Source: Lingula anatina
Taxonomy: Eukaryota; Animalia; Brachiopoda
Direction of reading: 5' to 3'
Assembly (NCBI GenBank): GCA_051362555.1
Contig: CM120641.1
Location: 40,988,401-41,052,400 of the forward strand
Length of the DNA: 64,000 nucleotides
Shown: positions 11,587 to 24,058 of the stretch, piece after piece
How positions within the stretch are numbered: position 1 is the stretch's first letter
Layout of the letters: each line of letters begins with the position of its first letter
Made by a program: the position numbers and the translations under genes
Notes under the pieces: model-generated
The model's input: only the letters and a program-made list of their open reading frames with translations
The model's database searches: none
Told to the model about the DNA's origin: nothing

Positions 11587-14500
11587 TTATAAGGTATTTA
11601 GTAAAATGTCCAATTTTTCCCTTGCGATATGGGCGTTTACGGTTTCTGCATCTCGATAGCGTGTCCAACAATCTTTTAAAAGATTCCACAGAGGTTTACT
11701 TTTACGATCCAAACACGTGGTATCTGGGGTTATTCCTCGGCAGATCGCAGCTCTCATGTCATCATTGTCTGAACAGTGTTCATATTCAATAGGTCTCGCA
11801 GCTTTTCCGTGGATGAGAAACCACAGTAACATTCCAAAGGCAAAAATGTCAAAGAAATATTTTTGTAAGGAATGCCATCTCCCGTGATTCTCGTACTGTT
11901 CAGCACAAACGTGAAATGGTGGCCCAAGTCGGGTGGTACCAAGTGGATCCGAAATGCAGTCGATCGATATCTTTCCTCGCTGTCCAGCAACCTTGCAAAA
12001 TTTTACAATTACATTGAATAATATCCATGCATATTATTATTCTACATACATGTATGTCAAACCTCCAATAAAGTAACTTAGAAATGTATCTTGATTTAAA
12101 ATTGATATTGGAATAGAATGCGGGCTGACGCTAAATTTCATTCAAGTAATAATAAACATACTGGAGAAATCTGGATTTCAACTTTTAAATGAATCCTCTT
12201 TTTTTCTTGAATCGGTGAAAAGGGGTCTATTATTATACAGAGTCGGATCCAGGATTATTTGAAGGAGGGGGGTCTGCGGATGCTGTAAGGGCCCCGTTTT
12301 TTTTTAGTATTTTAGGGGGTGAACAATGCCATTTGGTACCCTTTTATACTATAAATTGGCTTGTCAAAATTCTAATTACAAGAGGGGAAAATTACTGTGA
12401 TTTTTTTTCAAAAAACGAAAGAGGGGGGTCAGGACCCCCCCCCCCCCCCCCTGCCCCCATCTAAATCCGCCACTGTTTATAGAACATTGATATGCAGTGG
12501 TCGAAGTCGAAAAGAGCAGTGTTTCATTTCAGATATACGCTATGCTTTATTGCAAAAAAAAAAAAAAAAAAAAAAGACATACCTCGATCGTACTGGGGTG
12601 AGGTGAGGTGTGCAAACAATGCAAACATTACAAAAACAACGATAATTTATGCCTGGAGTCAAGTCAACGGATCTATATGAAATAAGCATCTGACATAATG
12701 ATATAATAATATTATCATGGTATAATTTAGTATAAACATAAATGTCATCAATCAAAAATAATGGTAAGTGTGTATACGTAGTCCTGAGTGTAATGTATCC
12801 TTTAAGACCAAACTTATGTTTGAAAGAAAATGGCCGATATGAATTGGAATAAGTAAAAAAATAAAGAAAGGCCTAAAAACTGCACCTAAATGTGTATAAC
12901 AGCGATATCAGTAATATCGTGGACAACACATAGTTCTTATAAGCTGAAGGAGTATAATTTTAAATACATTACCTATGTGAACAAATATCGCTCGAAGACA
13001 GTCGTCTACGTTAATAGGTTTTGTTTACATTACACAGTAACAATCAAGATCAATAGGAGCCCAATAGCAGGTGTAATATTAAGCAGCTCGTGTTCAACGA
13101 TAATGAAAAGACTGATTCATCCATTTTTTCCCTTTGTTTTCGTTTAATAATTCATTTCCTTTAAATTATTTAGTCTATTTAATTTATTTCTGTGTTTTCA
13201 TATAACATTTTATTTAAAAATTCCTAGAATAGGAAAAGTGCAAATATATATAGGGATAATAAATAATGAAAGTATTGAGAAGAGCATCCAGAATGCCAAA
13301 AAAAAAAAAAAAAAAGGATTTTACCTTGATATGCTCAGGTTTTAGATCGCTATGAATGTACCCCACGGAGTGCATGGCTTCCATCCCCTGAGCGACATCT
13401 CGGGCGATGGCGATCCTTGAATGTAGGCTGGTCAATCTGTCGTCGGCCGCGGCGACCATCTCAAGCAGATCACAGTCAAAGTATTCGGTGATGACATCAA
13501 TGTGATTGGAGCAGGGCATCAACCATCCACGTAATTTCAAGACGTTTTCATTTTCCACTGGGAAATTGTCCCTGGGTAAATACGATATTAAACTTTTAAA
13601 TATAAAGAAAAACAAAAACGATTAATAGGCGGCATGTTATGAGACTTCAAAAGTAAGAATAATTATTGTATCGTTCCTATCGACTTTCCACAAGTAAAAA
13701 TATATGAATCAATCTTGATGTGTGTGTTAGCCAAATCAAAAGTACAAGTGAGTTTGCTTACTTTGCATAAATTAGTTGGATTGCCTGTTCCTCCACATCA
13801 TTTTCGTGAACCTTTTTTATTTCTCTCACTTTCGAATGACCCTCACATTGTTTAATGATATGTGTGCATAAACGGCGCCATCCATCCTCTAAGTCGCCCT
13901 GTTCCTGGTGCGCATTGACCACTCTATCCAATTTACACGATTCCAGTGCAAAATTTACCGACAGCCCACGAGCACTTAAGACAGACAGGCTGGCATTGTA
14001 CTTCTCAAACCGTTCTTGGCGACGAGATCGCCACACGCTGTCGCTGAAAATACTTTCAGAAAGACTTGCAGCGAGTTTGTCCCAGATTATTCCGATCTCT
14101 CCCAGCATGTGGCTTCTCAGTTTTTCAGCTAATCGGCTTCTCTCAAGGGTTTCAAGAAGTTTCTCTGCGAATCTTAACTGCCACGATTTGGGATCGTCTC
14201 GGTCTAACTGCAAAGACTTGCTATAATGATGTAGTTCCGGCTTGCTGATACTGTCCATTATATGACGCACATTTTGATCTATTCCGCGTTGCAGTCGCTG
14301 AAATGTATCGTCTGTCAGAGATACGCATATTTCGAACCCTTTACTAACATTACGCTCTGTTTCCAGAGAATAAATTCTTCTGATATCTCTTTTTAACCTT
14401 TCACTGCTGACCGCATTGAAGTCAAATGTCAGCTCCTCTCGAAATTGAGGATTGAGTCTGTCTATGCGTTTTCTCACCTCATCTTCAAAGCATTTGCAAG

Positions 14501-16632
14501 CACGGTCTATGAATATTTCCAGAAAAGTTGAATACTCCTGGGTTAGGTTTGAAAAATCAACGTGAATTTCTGAAGGGTCCAATACACCTTCAAATGGGTC
14601 ACTGGAGTCGACAATGGCGCTTAACCTCGACTTACAAGTTGCTATGCCATCACGAACAATTGATTCAAACTTGAGCCTCTTGGTGAGCAATTCTGTGAAC
14701 TGCTCGTGCCATCTTCTGGCCATCTTTTTGAGGTCTTCGATGTTTTCGCGAATCGCATCTGCATCCCTTGGCATGTCTCGGCATACCTTCCTCAACTCTG
14801 TGAAAGACCGATTGTGGCAGTCAAGGATGTTTTGAACTAAAAAAGCGAGAGATTCCAGTTGTCTGTTTTTCAAGTTTCCTTTTAGAATTGCCCGAAGTTT
14901 CTCTAAGTCACGGATGGAGTCATCTTTCACTCCTTTCTTGAGTGCTTCCCTTATCTTTTTGTTAGAAATGGCGAAGAAGTGGTCTTCTTTGTCTTCAAAA
15001 GAAATATAACCGCCATTTAATAAGTCATTTTTCACTGTTTCCATCTTTTGCTCTGGAGAGTGAAAATTGACCATTGCAAAATTATCTTCGCTAGCAAGAG
15101 CATTCATCCAAGCTGCCTTTGCGTCGATATCGTTGTGTGTACACACATAGCATATTGACACGGATGGTAGTTTTTCTCGTATTCCTGCTATGTTTTTTTT
15201 GTCCTAGAAACATAAAATGTCACTTCTGAAAAAAGGGTTTGAAAAGTATAGGGCGCATTTAGGAGAAATTGATTCGCGGACTAACGGGCATTACGCGGTA
15301 AGCTTTCAAGAGGGTTAGCCATATTTGATCCGTGGATCTGTTAGTTTGCGGATCATCTTTGGTTGGGGATGCAGCCTAGTTTCTCTCTCTCTCTTGCGAT
15401 AAATCTAAGAAGTTTAGATTTTAGTTCTTTATAACTTTATAACTCGCGCTTTAGTTGGGGTACTAAATTTGCCAGAAAAAACAGCGAAATGCATAACATA
15501 GTTCTGCCATGATTAGTAAAATTAGTTAAATTAACAGATTAGTAAAATAATCTGAAACCATACTTAACAATCAATATACACAACAAAGAAGGGCATCCTT
15601 ATGCAGAAAGGTATTCTGTACTTCTTTCCAAAGGATTTCTGTACGTCTTTCCAAAAAAATATTTTTATGTCACAATACACTTATCTTTTCCAATTCAAAA
15701 CTTAAAAACAATAAAACACTTCAAATGAAATTACCCGATGTGGGTATTTCTTACTGAAATTTCAGGTAGATGGATATCGGTCTAAAGGAAGCATGTTTCG
15801 TATATAAGTTGCTTGATTAGAAATGGTACAGATCATGGAATCCAAGTGCAGGAACGGGTCGAGCAGTGATTTGTGAGTGGGAGAAAAATGACTTTTTTCT
15901 TTATGAAAATTAAATTGGGTGTGGAAAATCCCGTATAGAATACCTTTACTATTTTTAAAAAGATATAAATCCGCCTTGAATTACCTGAAGCCTGAATCCA
16001 TCATTCCCATTTATAACATACAGTACAATTGGGTTGCAATGCTCGTTTAACAACCGGGTCACATCGTCATCGATTTGAACAGTCTCTCCGTATCCAGGTG
16101 TGTCCAGTAAGCCAAATCCTTCGGCTAAAAAATCGTTTGTTAAGACAATGCTCACGATGTTTTTTTCTGCTTCACGCTTTTCTCTCGGTGTTATATGTTC
16201 ACGCAGAGATTTTTTACTTAGCTTATGAAACTTTCGGTAATTCTCGACATCGATCGATAAAGCTGCTAATGAATCACTAACGCCTTCGACAGGAATGCCT
16301 TCGTATTTTCCATGTGTCACCACTGTTGTTTTGCCCGTACATGGCGTCTTACCAGTTGGTAGTTCCCTTGCCTTCTTACATAGGTTTAGAAGTGAATTTG
16401 CCAGCGAACTTTTCCCGCTATTACATCTACCTAAGATGAGTAACGGCACTGGAAGGTTGATCCTCTCATCAACCTTTTCTATATCCTCGCGTAGCTTTTC
16501 GTAGGAAACACCGGATTCTTCACTCATTTGCCGAATAATTTCTTTTGTGTCAGTTGTTAGAGCTCGTATTTCGTTTTTTATAACATTGAGATTTGTCAAC
16601 CGACTTCCTTCCTCAAAATTTGCCATCGCCAT
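11587..16632 (-). CDS. DSTYK-like protein: dynamin-like GTPase, helical stalk and pseudokinase (913 aa, 4 coding exons)
   Basis: Exons 16632-15985, 15203-13762, 13571-13325 and 11991-11587; all GT-AG and phase-compatible (0,2,0); 2742 nt without stops. G1 GRCNSGKS, G2 LPTGKTPCT, G3 DTPG, G4-like CTHND. Kinase part has HSDLKPEH, GKISIDC (no DFG), HVCAE (no APE) and DIFAFGMLLWF. Size and domain order match DSTYK. Confidence 0.88.
12238..12475. mobile_element. hAT-like MITE remnant (CAG...CTG ends, poly-G/poly-C subterminal tracts)
   Basis: cagagtcggatccagg...gggggg / cccccc...ctaaatccgccactg. No clean 8-bp TSD. Confidence 0.5.
15249..15379. mobile_element. Degenerate palindromic MITE in intron 1
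   Basis: tagggcgcat...tgattcgcggactaacgg pairs with ctgttagtttgcggatca...atgcagccta. Confidence 0.5.
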
Positions 16633-18050
16633 TTTGACAAGGTTGCACGTGATGTCTTTTGTGATTTTATTTCTATCGGAAATTGCGATAGGTGTTATTG
16701 TCTGCACTCTTTAAACCTGATAAGAAAAACGGACTTGCGACAAAGCGAATAAGTTTTAACTTAAAGTATTAATTCAAAATCAGCGAACGTTATTTTCACG
16801 AGGGCAATCAACCTGAAGTAGAAGGGTTACTTTTATAATTTTGCTGCATATTTGCAATGATTTGTTTTAACAATTGGATTTTAATTGAAGTTAAAGGGGG
16901 TGAATCAAAATAAACGCCCGCTTCAAGTGTGTTTTTTTCTTACACAGTAAAATGAGAATTCACATCTAAATATCAGGACCACTTTTAAGTATTAAAATAC
17001 TGTAAATCTGTATTGAACCAAGATTTCTAGAAAATGCAGATGAAGCTCTAAAACGCATCACTCTGGGTGTGTGGAATGCATTCGCGTTGAGTGTCAAAGA
17101 GATGTTACCACAGTCACCGATTTAAACTTTTTCTATGTGCCAGAGACAAAAAAGTTTGGTACCCTCCAATTTGAATTGACTGAAAACAAAATCATCCAGA
17201 GGGAAACTGGCACAGCCTGGAAGATCATAATACAAGATAGTACAAAACACTTGATTCATTTTTCTACAATGTTTTTCTATAATCTTTCAGTGAATAGTCT
17301 ACCACAGTTTACATAAAAATCAAAACGGCCATGAGATATAAGTAAAATGCCAGGTACATGTAACTCTAAAACACTGGAAGTTTGGGTCTGGTATTTATTC
17401 TTCCCATCCGATACGTGATTAACAAAGGTAAGTGCCCTAATTTAAAGAAATAAGAAGAAGAAAATCTGCATAAATGTAATGAAAAATTAATTGATGTGCC
17501 GTTATATATTTACTTTGAGAGACTTCAGAATTTACTTCGATATATATGCACATTGTGCGTGGTGTCTACTGACATTGTGTACGATATCCGCATCATTTTT
17601 TCATGGACATGCCCAGAGAATGTATTATATTTAATTTTTATGCCATGTTTGCCCTCAAATCACAGAATTTGAGGTCGGCTTCATTACTTATAAAGCAATA
17701 TAAATGACTATGTGTTGGAGAACCAGATTTTCTTTTGGGCGCATTTTTCCAAACTTAGTTTATCTTAATATGTGTGTTTTCAATCTGATTTATTTATTTT
17801 GTGTACTCCACAAGAGTGGATAAAAAAGCCGAGTGCTTTGTTCTTTAGTATGTTTTATCTTTATTTCGATTTAAGGAAATTTTACGTTACATTATTTTGA
17901 CGCAAATGTTTGTGCTGCTTATCTTGGCTAATTCGTACCAATCTTATCGGTGCTTATTTCTTGTCGTTTTTTGAGCAGCCGCAAGCATGTGAAAAACTTG
18001 TTACAAAAATTGGATAGTGGGTAGAGGTAAAACAAAAACATATTCAAACA

Positions 18051-21000
18051 ATGAGGGGAATTTCTGCCTATCGTCTGTTAAACGTCAGTTTCCACAGATT
18101 GCAAAGTAGACCATTCTCTTCTCGAGCAACTACCAGAGCTTCCCGTGGTCATGGCCGGTCACACGAGCAGGCTCTCATGGACGTCGCCAAGGTCAGGAAC
18201 ATCGGAATCATGGCGCACATCGATGCAGGGAAAACGACAACCACGGAAAGAATGTTATTTTTCTCCGGGTTAACTCGCCACATAGGTACATAACAAGCTG
18301 ACAGGTTATCTACTTATCTGAGTTAGAACCGTTCTTGGTACATGTATTTGATGTTTGATGATATGTTTCAATTAAACTGTTGTAGAGGTGGCAAACATTG
18401 ATATTGTCGTGAAGGGGCAACAAATACTGGTTAAGGACGTATTACAGTTGCTTTAGAATTAATAAAAAATGGGGCAGTTCTAGTATTCAGCGCCTCCCCC
18501 CCCCCCCCCCCCCAAAAAAAAAAAAATCAATAAAATAAAATAAAACAATTTATATGAATAGAAGATTAAACATAAACCTAGGGAAATGAGGGTTTTGATA
18601 AATATTATAACTGAACACCTGTCAGGTGTGCTAGCTGGTACAAATTACCCTAACTGAAACCCCGATACATAAATTGAAGTACTAGATAATGCTCCAAAAT
18701 TATAACAGACAAATGCTTTATTTGGCACCTTTTTGCAGCTGTTTATTATTGATATTGCAGGTAATGTTGACAGAGGTGATACAGTGACTGACTATATGGA
18801 CCAGGAGAGAGACCGAGGTATTACCATAACCTCTGCAGCAGTAACATTTTATTGGAATGATCACAAAGTGAATCTAATAGATACACCAGGTAAGGAGAAA
18901 AGAACATAAATGACATCAGTGATAGCCTAATCAAGACTGTCAGCACTGCTTAGTAGGTGAATTTGAGTGAGGGTGAAACTCTATGCACGAAGAATAATGT
19001 CATAGAAAGCAATACAAAAGTAACACCCTAAACATGGTGAATTCCTACTGTTCTGCAATAGACTGAAATCCAACAGAGATAACAACGAAAAGAATATCCA
19101 TGCATCTATTCTGTCAGCATTTATCAGTTGCCACACCGGTTGGTGGTTATACATTTGTTCTAAGAGTTACATTTTCACCAATAAGACAACTGAGACAGGC
19201 AGGAATAGTTTTCTGTTACATGGTTTATTCAAGCGCCTGAAGACTCGGGTCTCTTCTACCGTATCTATAACTATCTCTAACTCTCTCAGTCTGTAAGTCC
19301 TCTCTCAGTGGCTAAGTCACTGCCTTTATACTCTATCTTAATTTGCATTTCAAATTAGCTTTCGTAACTGTCATGAAACATGCCATGCCTATGTACATTA
19401 ACTTAATTGTAGATACATTTAAATTAAATCTTGATTTGCATTTTAAATGAACTTCTCTTAAACTGCCATGCAACATGTCATGTCTATGTATATTTGAATA
19501 ATTAAAACGTACAAATATATACATATCTCATGTATGCAAATTTAGAAGACTATCAGTTCTAATTAACGGATCACTACACATACCATGCCCTCTAGTCTGC
19601 CATTATTTCTAACTCCACTCTCTTCAAAATCCTGAAACATCTCACTTGATTTTATACCAAGTCTGATAATTTTTGGCTATCTGGATTGATTCCTCACTGA
19701 CAACATTTTACCCACCTATTATTGTCAAGTTGCCTGGGGCAATCGGTCATAAGCATGGCAGATCATACTGTGGCACCACATGGTTTTCTTCACAATATTT
19801 GATGAGGAAGGAATTTTATTTACACATAATTAATTTTATTTCTACATCATTAAGACAAACATAACAAAGAACAGCGGTCTGTCATAGGCACAGATGAGTT
19901 TATCCAAGTGGAGGTAATTCTAAGCCAGATATGACATGGGTGCTTTTGGTTTTAAAAATAGAAGTAAGATGAAAACTGCACACACTGCATAAAAGTCGAC
20001 TGATGCCAATCAGAAATTCATAACAAGAATTGTTCATAAAATTTGATGGATTTTATTTTATCATTTAATGTGGATTGGTCTTTATGTAATTTGTTTGCAA
20101 AATTTGGTTGCTTAACTTTAAAAAATAAAGAAATTTATTAACATACCACCGGTCCTATATTTTCAAATGAAAACTCTGCTGATAGAGATTGAACTTAAGT
20201 ATGCTTTAATACCTGGTAAATGTATGAAGTGATGTGTTTATAATGCTATATATCCGTTATTTCTCATATTCGTATTTGTGTAATTTCTTTCTTTTAGGAC
20301 ACATAGATTTTACAGTAGAAGTTGAAAGATCTCTGCGAGTGCTGGATGGTGGTATAGTAGTATTGGACGGATCAAGAGGCAAGTCTTAACAGTAAATTTC
20401 AACAACTAATTAATTGTAATTAACTGTAATTAATAATAACTAATTGTCGTTGCATTACCATATTTCTCAAATATTAATGGAAATGGTCTCGGGTAGTTGA
20501 GGATTCACAGTGTATCCATTTCCAGATTAATGATATTTTAAAAAGCAAAAAAAATGTTTCAGTATTAATGCATTTGTATATTGTAATTTGTATGTTGTAT
20601 ATTGTATTGAATAGCATTTGAAAATTGCAGCCTAAAACAAAATTCAGTGGTGTGCTCTTCTTGCTTTACTACCGTAACTATAACTTAATTTGTTTGTTAT
20701 ACATCTACATGTATAACTAGAAAAGCACTCTGAGAGCACAGACCTCCGCTGAGGCAGCAATTTTTTATTATTATTGATTATTGATTGATTATTGATCCGA
20801 TCACCTCTAAAAACTAATCTTCTCTTCCTTGGCCCACTTCTGACAGTTCCTGAAAATTTCATCAAAATCGGTCCATAACTTTTTGACTTATGTTGATGAC
20901 AGACAGACAAACAAACAAACAGACAAACAGGGGTGAAAACATAACCTCCTTGGCGGAGGTAATAAATAAGTTGTTGTTTCAAGTATTCCAAGTTAACTTC

Positions 21001-22419
21001 AAATATAAATCTTTTTACTATTTGTAGGGGTAGAAGCACAGACAGTGACGGTGTGGAGACAGGCTAATAGATATGGCGTGCCTCGTATTGCTTACATCAA
21101 CAAACTGGATAAAGCCAATGCAGATTTTGAAGATTCATTGAACTCTATTCAGAAAAAGCTCCACATTTTACCACTACCATTACAAATTCCTGTGTTCTCA
21201 GAAGATAAGATTTGTGGCATGGTGGACCTGATAACCATGGAAAAAGTGGTTTGGGACAGAAAAGATGAAGCCAGCGCAGGTCCACAAAGAGCACCTGTTA
21301 CAAAAGCTGATGATGACTTGTGGGAGAGGAGCGAGGAAGCAAGACTCAATTTGATTGGTGAGCTGGCCGACATCGATGAAGAGATTGCTTCTCTTGTTTT
21401 GGGTGACATCAAAGTACAGGATATACCCCCACAGAAAATCTATAATGCTGTCAGGAAGGTGACATTAGATAAAACAGCACTCCCTGTCTTATGTGGAAGC
21501 TCATTAAAGAACATTGGTGTCCAACCTTTATTAGATGCTGTCAATCTCTATCTCCCAAGCCCAGATGATATTCAGCACGATTTCAAAAAATTCTACAAGG
21601 ATTCACTATGTGCCCTGGCTTTTAAGACCATTCATAATCAACAAAGAGGCCCGGTAACTTTTCTTCGATTGTATAATGGGTCACTAAAATCAGGTGATTC
21701 TTTGCATAACTTGAATAGGGAATGTGTTGAGAAGGCCTCACGTTTGATCAAAGTGTTTGCTGATGAATTTGAAGACATAAAGTCAGCTTATGCTGGGGAT
21801 ATCATTGCAGTAATTGGGCTGAAAAAGGTATTAATATGTGATTGACGTGCATTTAGTTTACTAGACAACAACCCTCACCATGTATATTTGGTTAATTTTA
21901 TTTTTTGCAGGCAGGTTAAGTATGGTATAAAAGTTAAAATCTATGTGTAATTCCTTAAAAATATCTACAGTGTATGCTAACTGATGCTAACTAATTATGT
22001 TACTGTAATTTAAGTTGTGGCTGTGAATTGTGCAATTATTGCTGTATTATGTATATCAAACTGATTAGCAAAAAGTAAATTATTTGTAAAGCTGGATGCT
22101 GAAACTGCCCTTTTCCTATTGCAGACTTTCACAGGAGACACATTATCAGACAGAAAACACCAAGATTCAAAAGGAAATTATGTACTTGCTGGGGTAGAAG
22201 TTGGAGAACCAGTGTTTTTTTGTTCTGTGGAAGCATCATCTCTGACAGAGCAGGCTGCTTTGGAACAAGCACTGGAAAATCTACAAAAAGAAGACCCTAG
22301 TTTCAAGGCAAGTCTTTGCTTGGGGTATTTGAAGTTGTGGATATCATTCTTTGGTCTATTTTGCCTTTGATTGTCATTTTTTTTCCAAGTTCATCAATAT
22401 TGACAATATTCATGTAAGC

Positions 22420-22503
<84 letters not shown>

Positions 22504-24058
22504 CAACAAGAAAGAAACCGGTCGGGGCAAAAAAAGTTGCTGTTCTTTTTTTCTTTTTATTATATATAATATTACTCGTACAGGAAAAACGTTTTTACTT
22601 TTAATATATTTATATATATATATATACACTTAAAGCCAAGTATGTTTTATTCTCAAAGGTTTAATATTGTTACTGTTTTTTGGTTGTTAAAAATGTACTT
22701 CCTCTGTGTCTTTTTTTTTAAACCTTAATTGCTACTTTACAGGTTTGGGTGGATGAAAGTACTGGAGAGATAAACATTGGTGGAATGGGGGAACTCCATA
22801 TTGAGATCATAAAACACAAACTTGTCACAGAATATAAACTAGACCCTTATATGGGTCCATTGCACGTTTCATACAAGGAAACAGTAGCTGCATCTGCAAC
22901 AGAGACATACACCCTGGACCAAACTATTGGCAACAAGCACCATCATATAGTGGTTTCCATGACAGTAAATCCAAACCCTGGTAAGGGAATTCCTAGAAAA
23001 TTGGAGCTGGTGCATCATGGGGAAGATAATTCTTTGCTGCATTTGAGACAAGACCATGTGAAGGCTTTGACAGAAGGAGTGCACACTGCCTTGCTACAAG
23101 GTTAGTCTGCAGCAGCGTTATTTATCTAAAAAAAAAACAGTAACTTGTCTTATATTTTATCCTCCTGAAAAAGATTAAGGGTACCTTTAGGACTTTATTT
23201 TAGTACATTTTTTTTTCATTTCTGTAATGTTAAGATATATTTTTTATATTTTTTGTAGTTTTGAATTAGTTGCATTGGCTGCCAAAACTTGTGTCGCTTA
23301 TTGATTCAAATGATTTATTATAAAGTTTAACATCAATTTCTTTCATATTCTAATATTCTAGGACCCATTCTGAACTTCCCAGTGACTGATGTGCAGGTAG
23401 AGCTCCACAGTCTTCAGATAGAAGGTAGGACAACACTGCCAATGATATCAGCTGCTGCCACACAGTGTATTTCCCAAGCCTTGAGCAATGCAGAACCTTT
23501 ACTTTTGCAGCCCATGATGTCAGTGGAGGTGAGGTTATTTGGGGCCAAAATTGGGGAGGTTTTGTGCAAATGGTTAAGTATGAGGAGGCTAGTTTGCAGT
23601 TTGTGCTTTATAGTTTGTGTTTGAAGTGTTGGTTAATTATTTAATGCATGTTGCTTTAGTAAATCAAGGATATATGTATACAATTATTTTATGTATTTTT
23701 TCATTTATGAAGGATTTTGTTCAGAAATTTTTTTTTAATTTCCAAGGCAAAACAATTTTAAAGTTTTTCTATCAAAGAACAATTTTCATTTAAGATTTTC
23801 ACAGATGTTGAAAGGATTGGTGGAATCCTGGATGATCTGAAAAATAGGAAAGGCACAATCGAAAATGTTGAGAACAAGGGGGATGCCCACATTATAACAG
23901 CCCTCTTACCACTGGCAGAAACTACAGGGTATGCCACAAACCTGCGCCGCATCACTTCAGGACAGACCACCTTCTCCATGGAGTTGTTGGGATACAAAGA
24001 AATGGACCCAAATGAACAGAATGCATTGTGTGAGAAAATGGGAGCAACAGGTTTTTAA
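18051..24058 (+). CDS. GFM2: Mitochondrial ribosome-releasing factor 2 / EF-G2mt (738 aa, 8 exons)
   Basis: Exons 18051-18285, 18761-18889, 20298-20378, 21028-21827, 22125-22307, 22743-23100, 23362-23528, 23795-24058 (2217 nt, in frame). Arg/Ser-rich presequence; [69 protein letters not shown] and [17 protein letters not shown] fit GFM2. Confidence 0.93.
19156..19578 (-). mobile_element. Possible solo LTR in GFM2 intron 2
   Basis: Minus strand reads TGTAGTGA...TATAAAGG...AG-rich tract...AATAAAC...AGAACA. TG...CA ends. Flanks catt/cata match at only 3 of 4 bases. Confidence 0.4.
20715..20965 (+). mobile_element. HINE/DINE-1-like non-autonomous Helentron element
   Basis: 5' aactag...gacctccgc, internal (ACAG/ACAA)n microsatellite, and 3' hairpin acctccttggcggaggt followed by aataa. 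The subterminal IR acctccgc/gcggaggt matches HINE architecture. Confidence 0.7.

Noticed and set aside
11754-11990. Apparent frameshift between ORFs 11754-11990 and 11587-11832, suggesting a pseudogene
   Set aside because: Reading from the acceptor at 11991 gives one open frame (VAGQRGKISIDC...DIFAFGMLLW...NTL*). The 78-aa ORF is an off-frame artefact.
20644-22629. ORFs 20644-21039, 22303-22629 and 22351-22569 (likewise 59004-59225)
   Set aside because: They are translations of the HINE element or of (TA)n/(ATA)n microsatellites.
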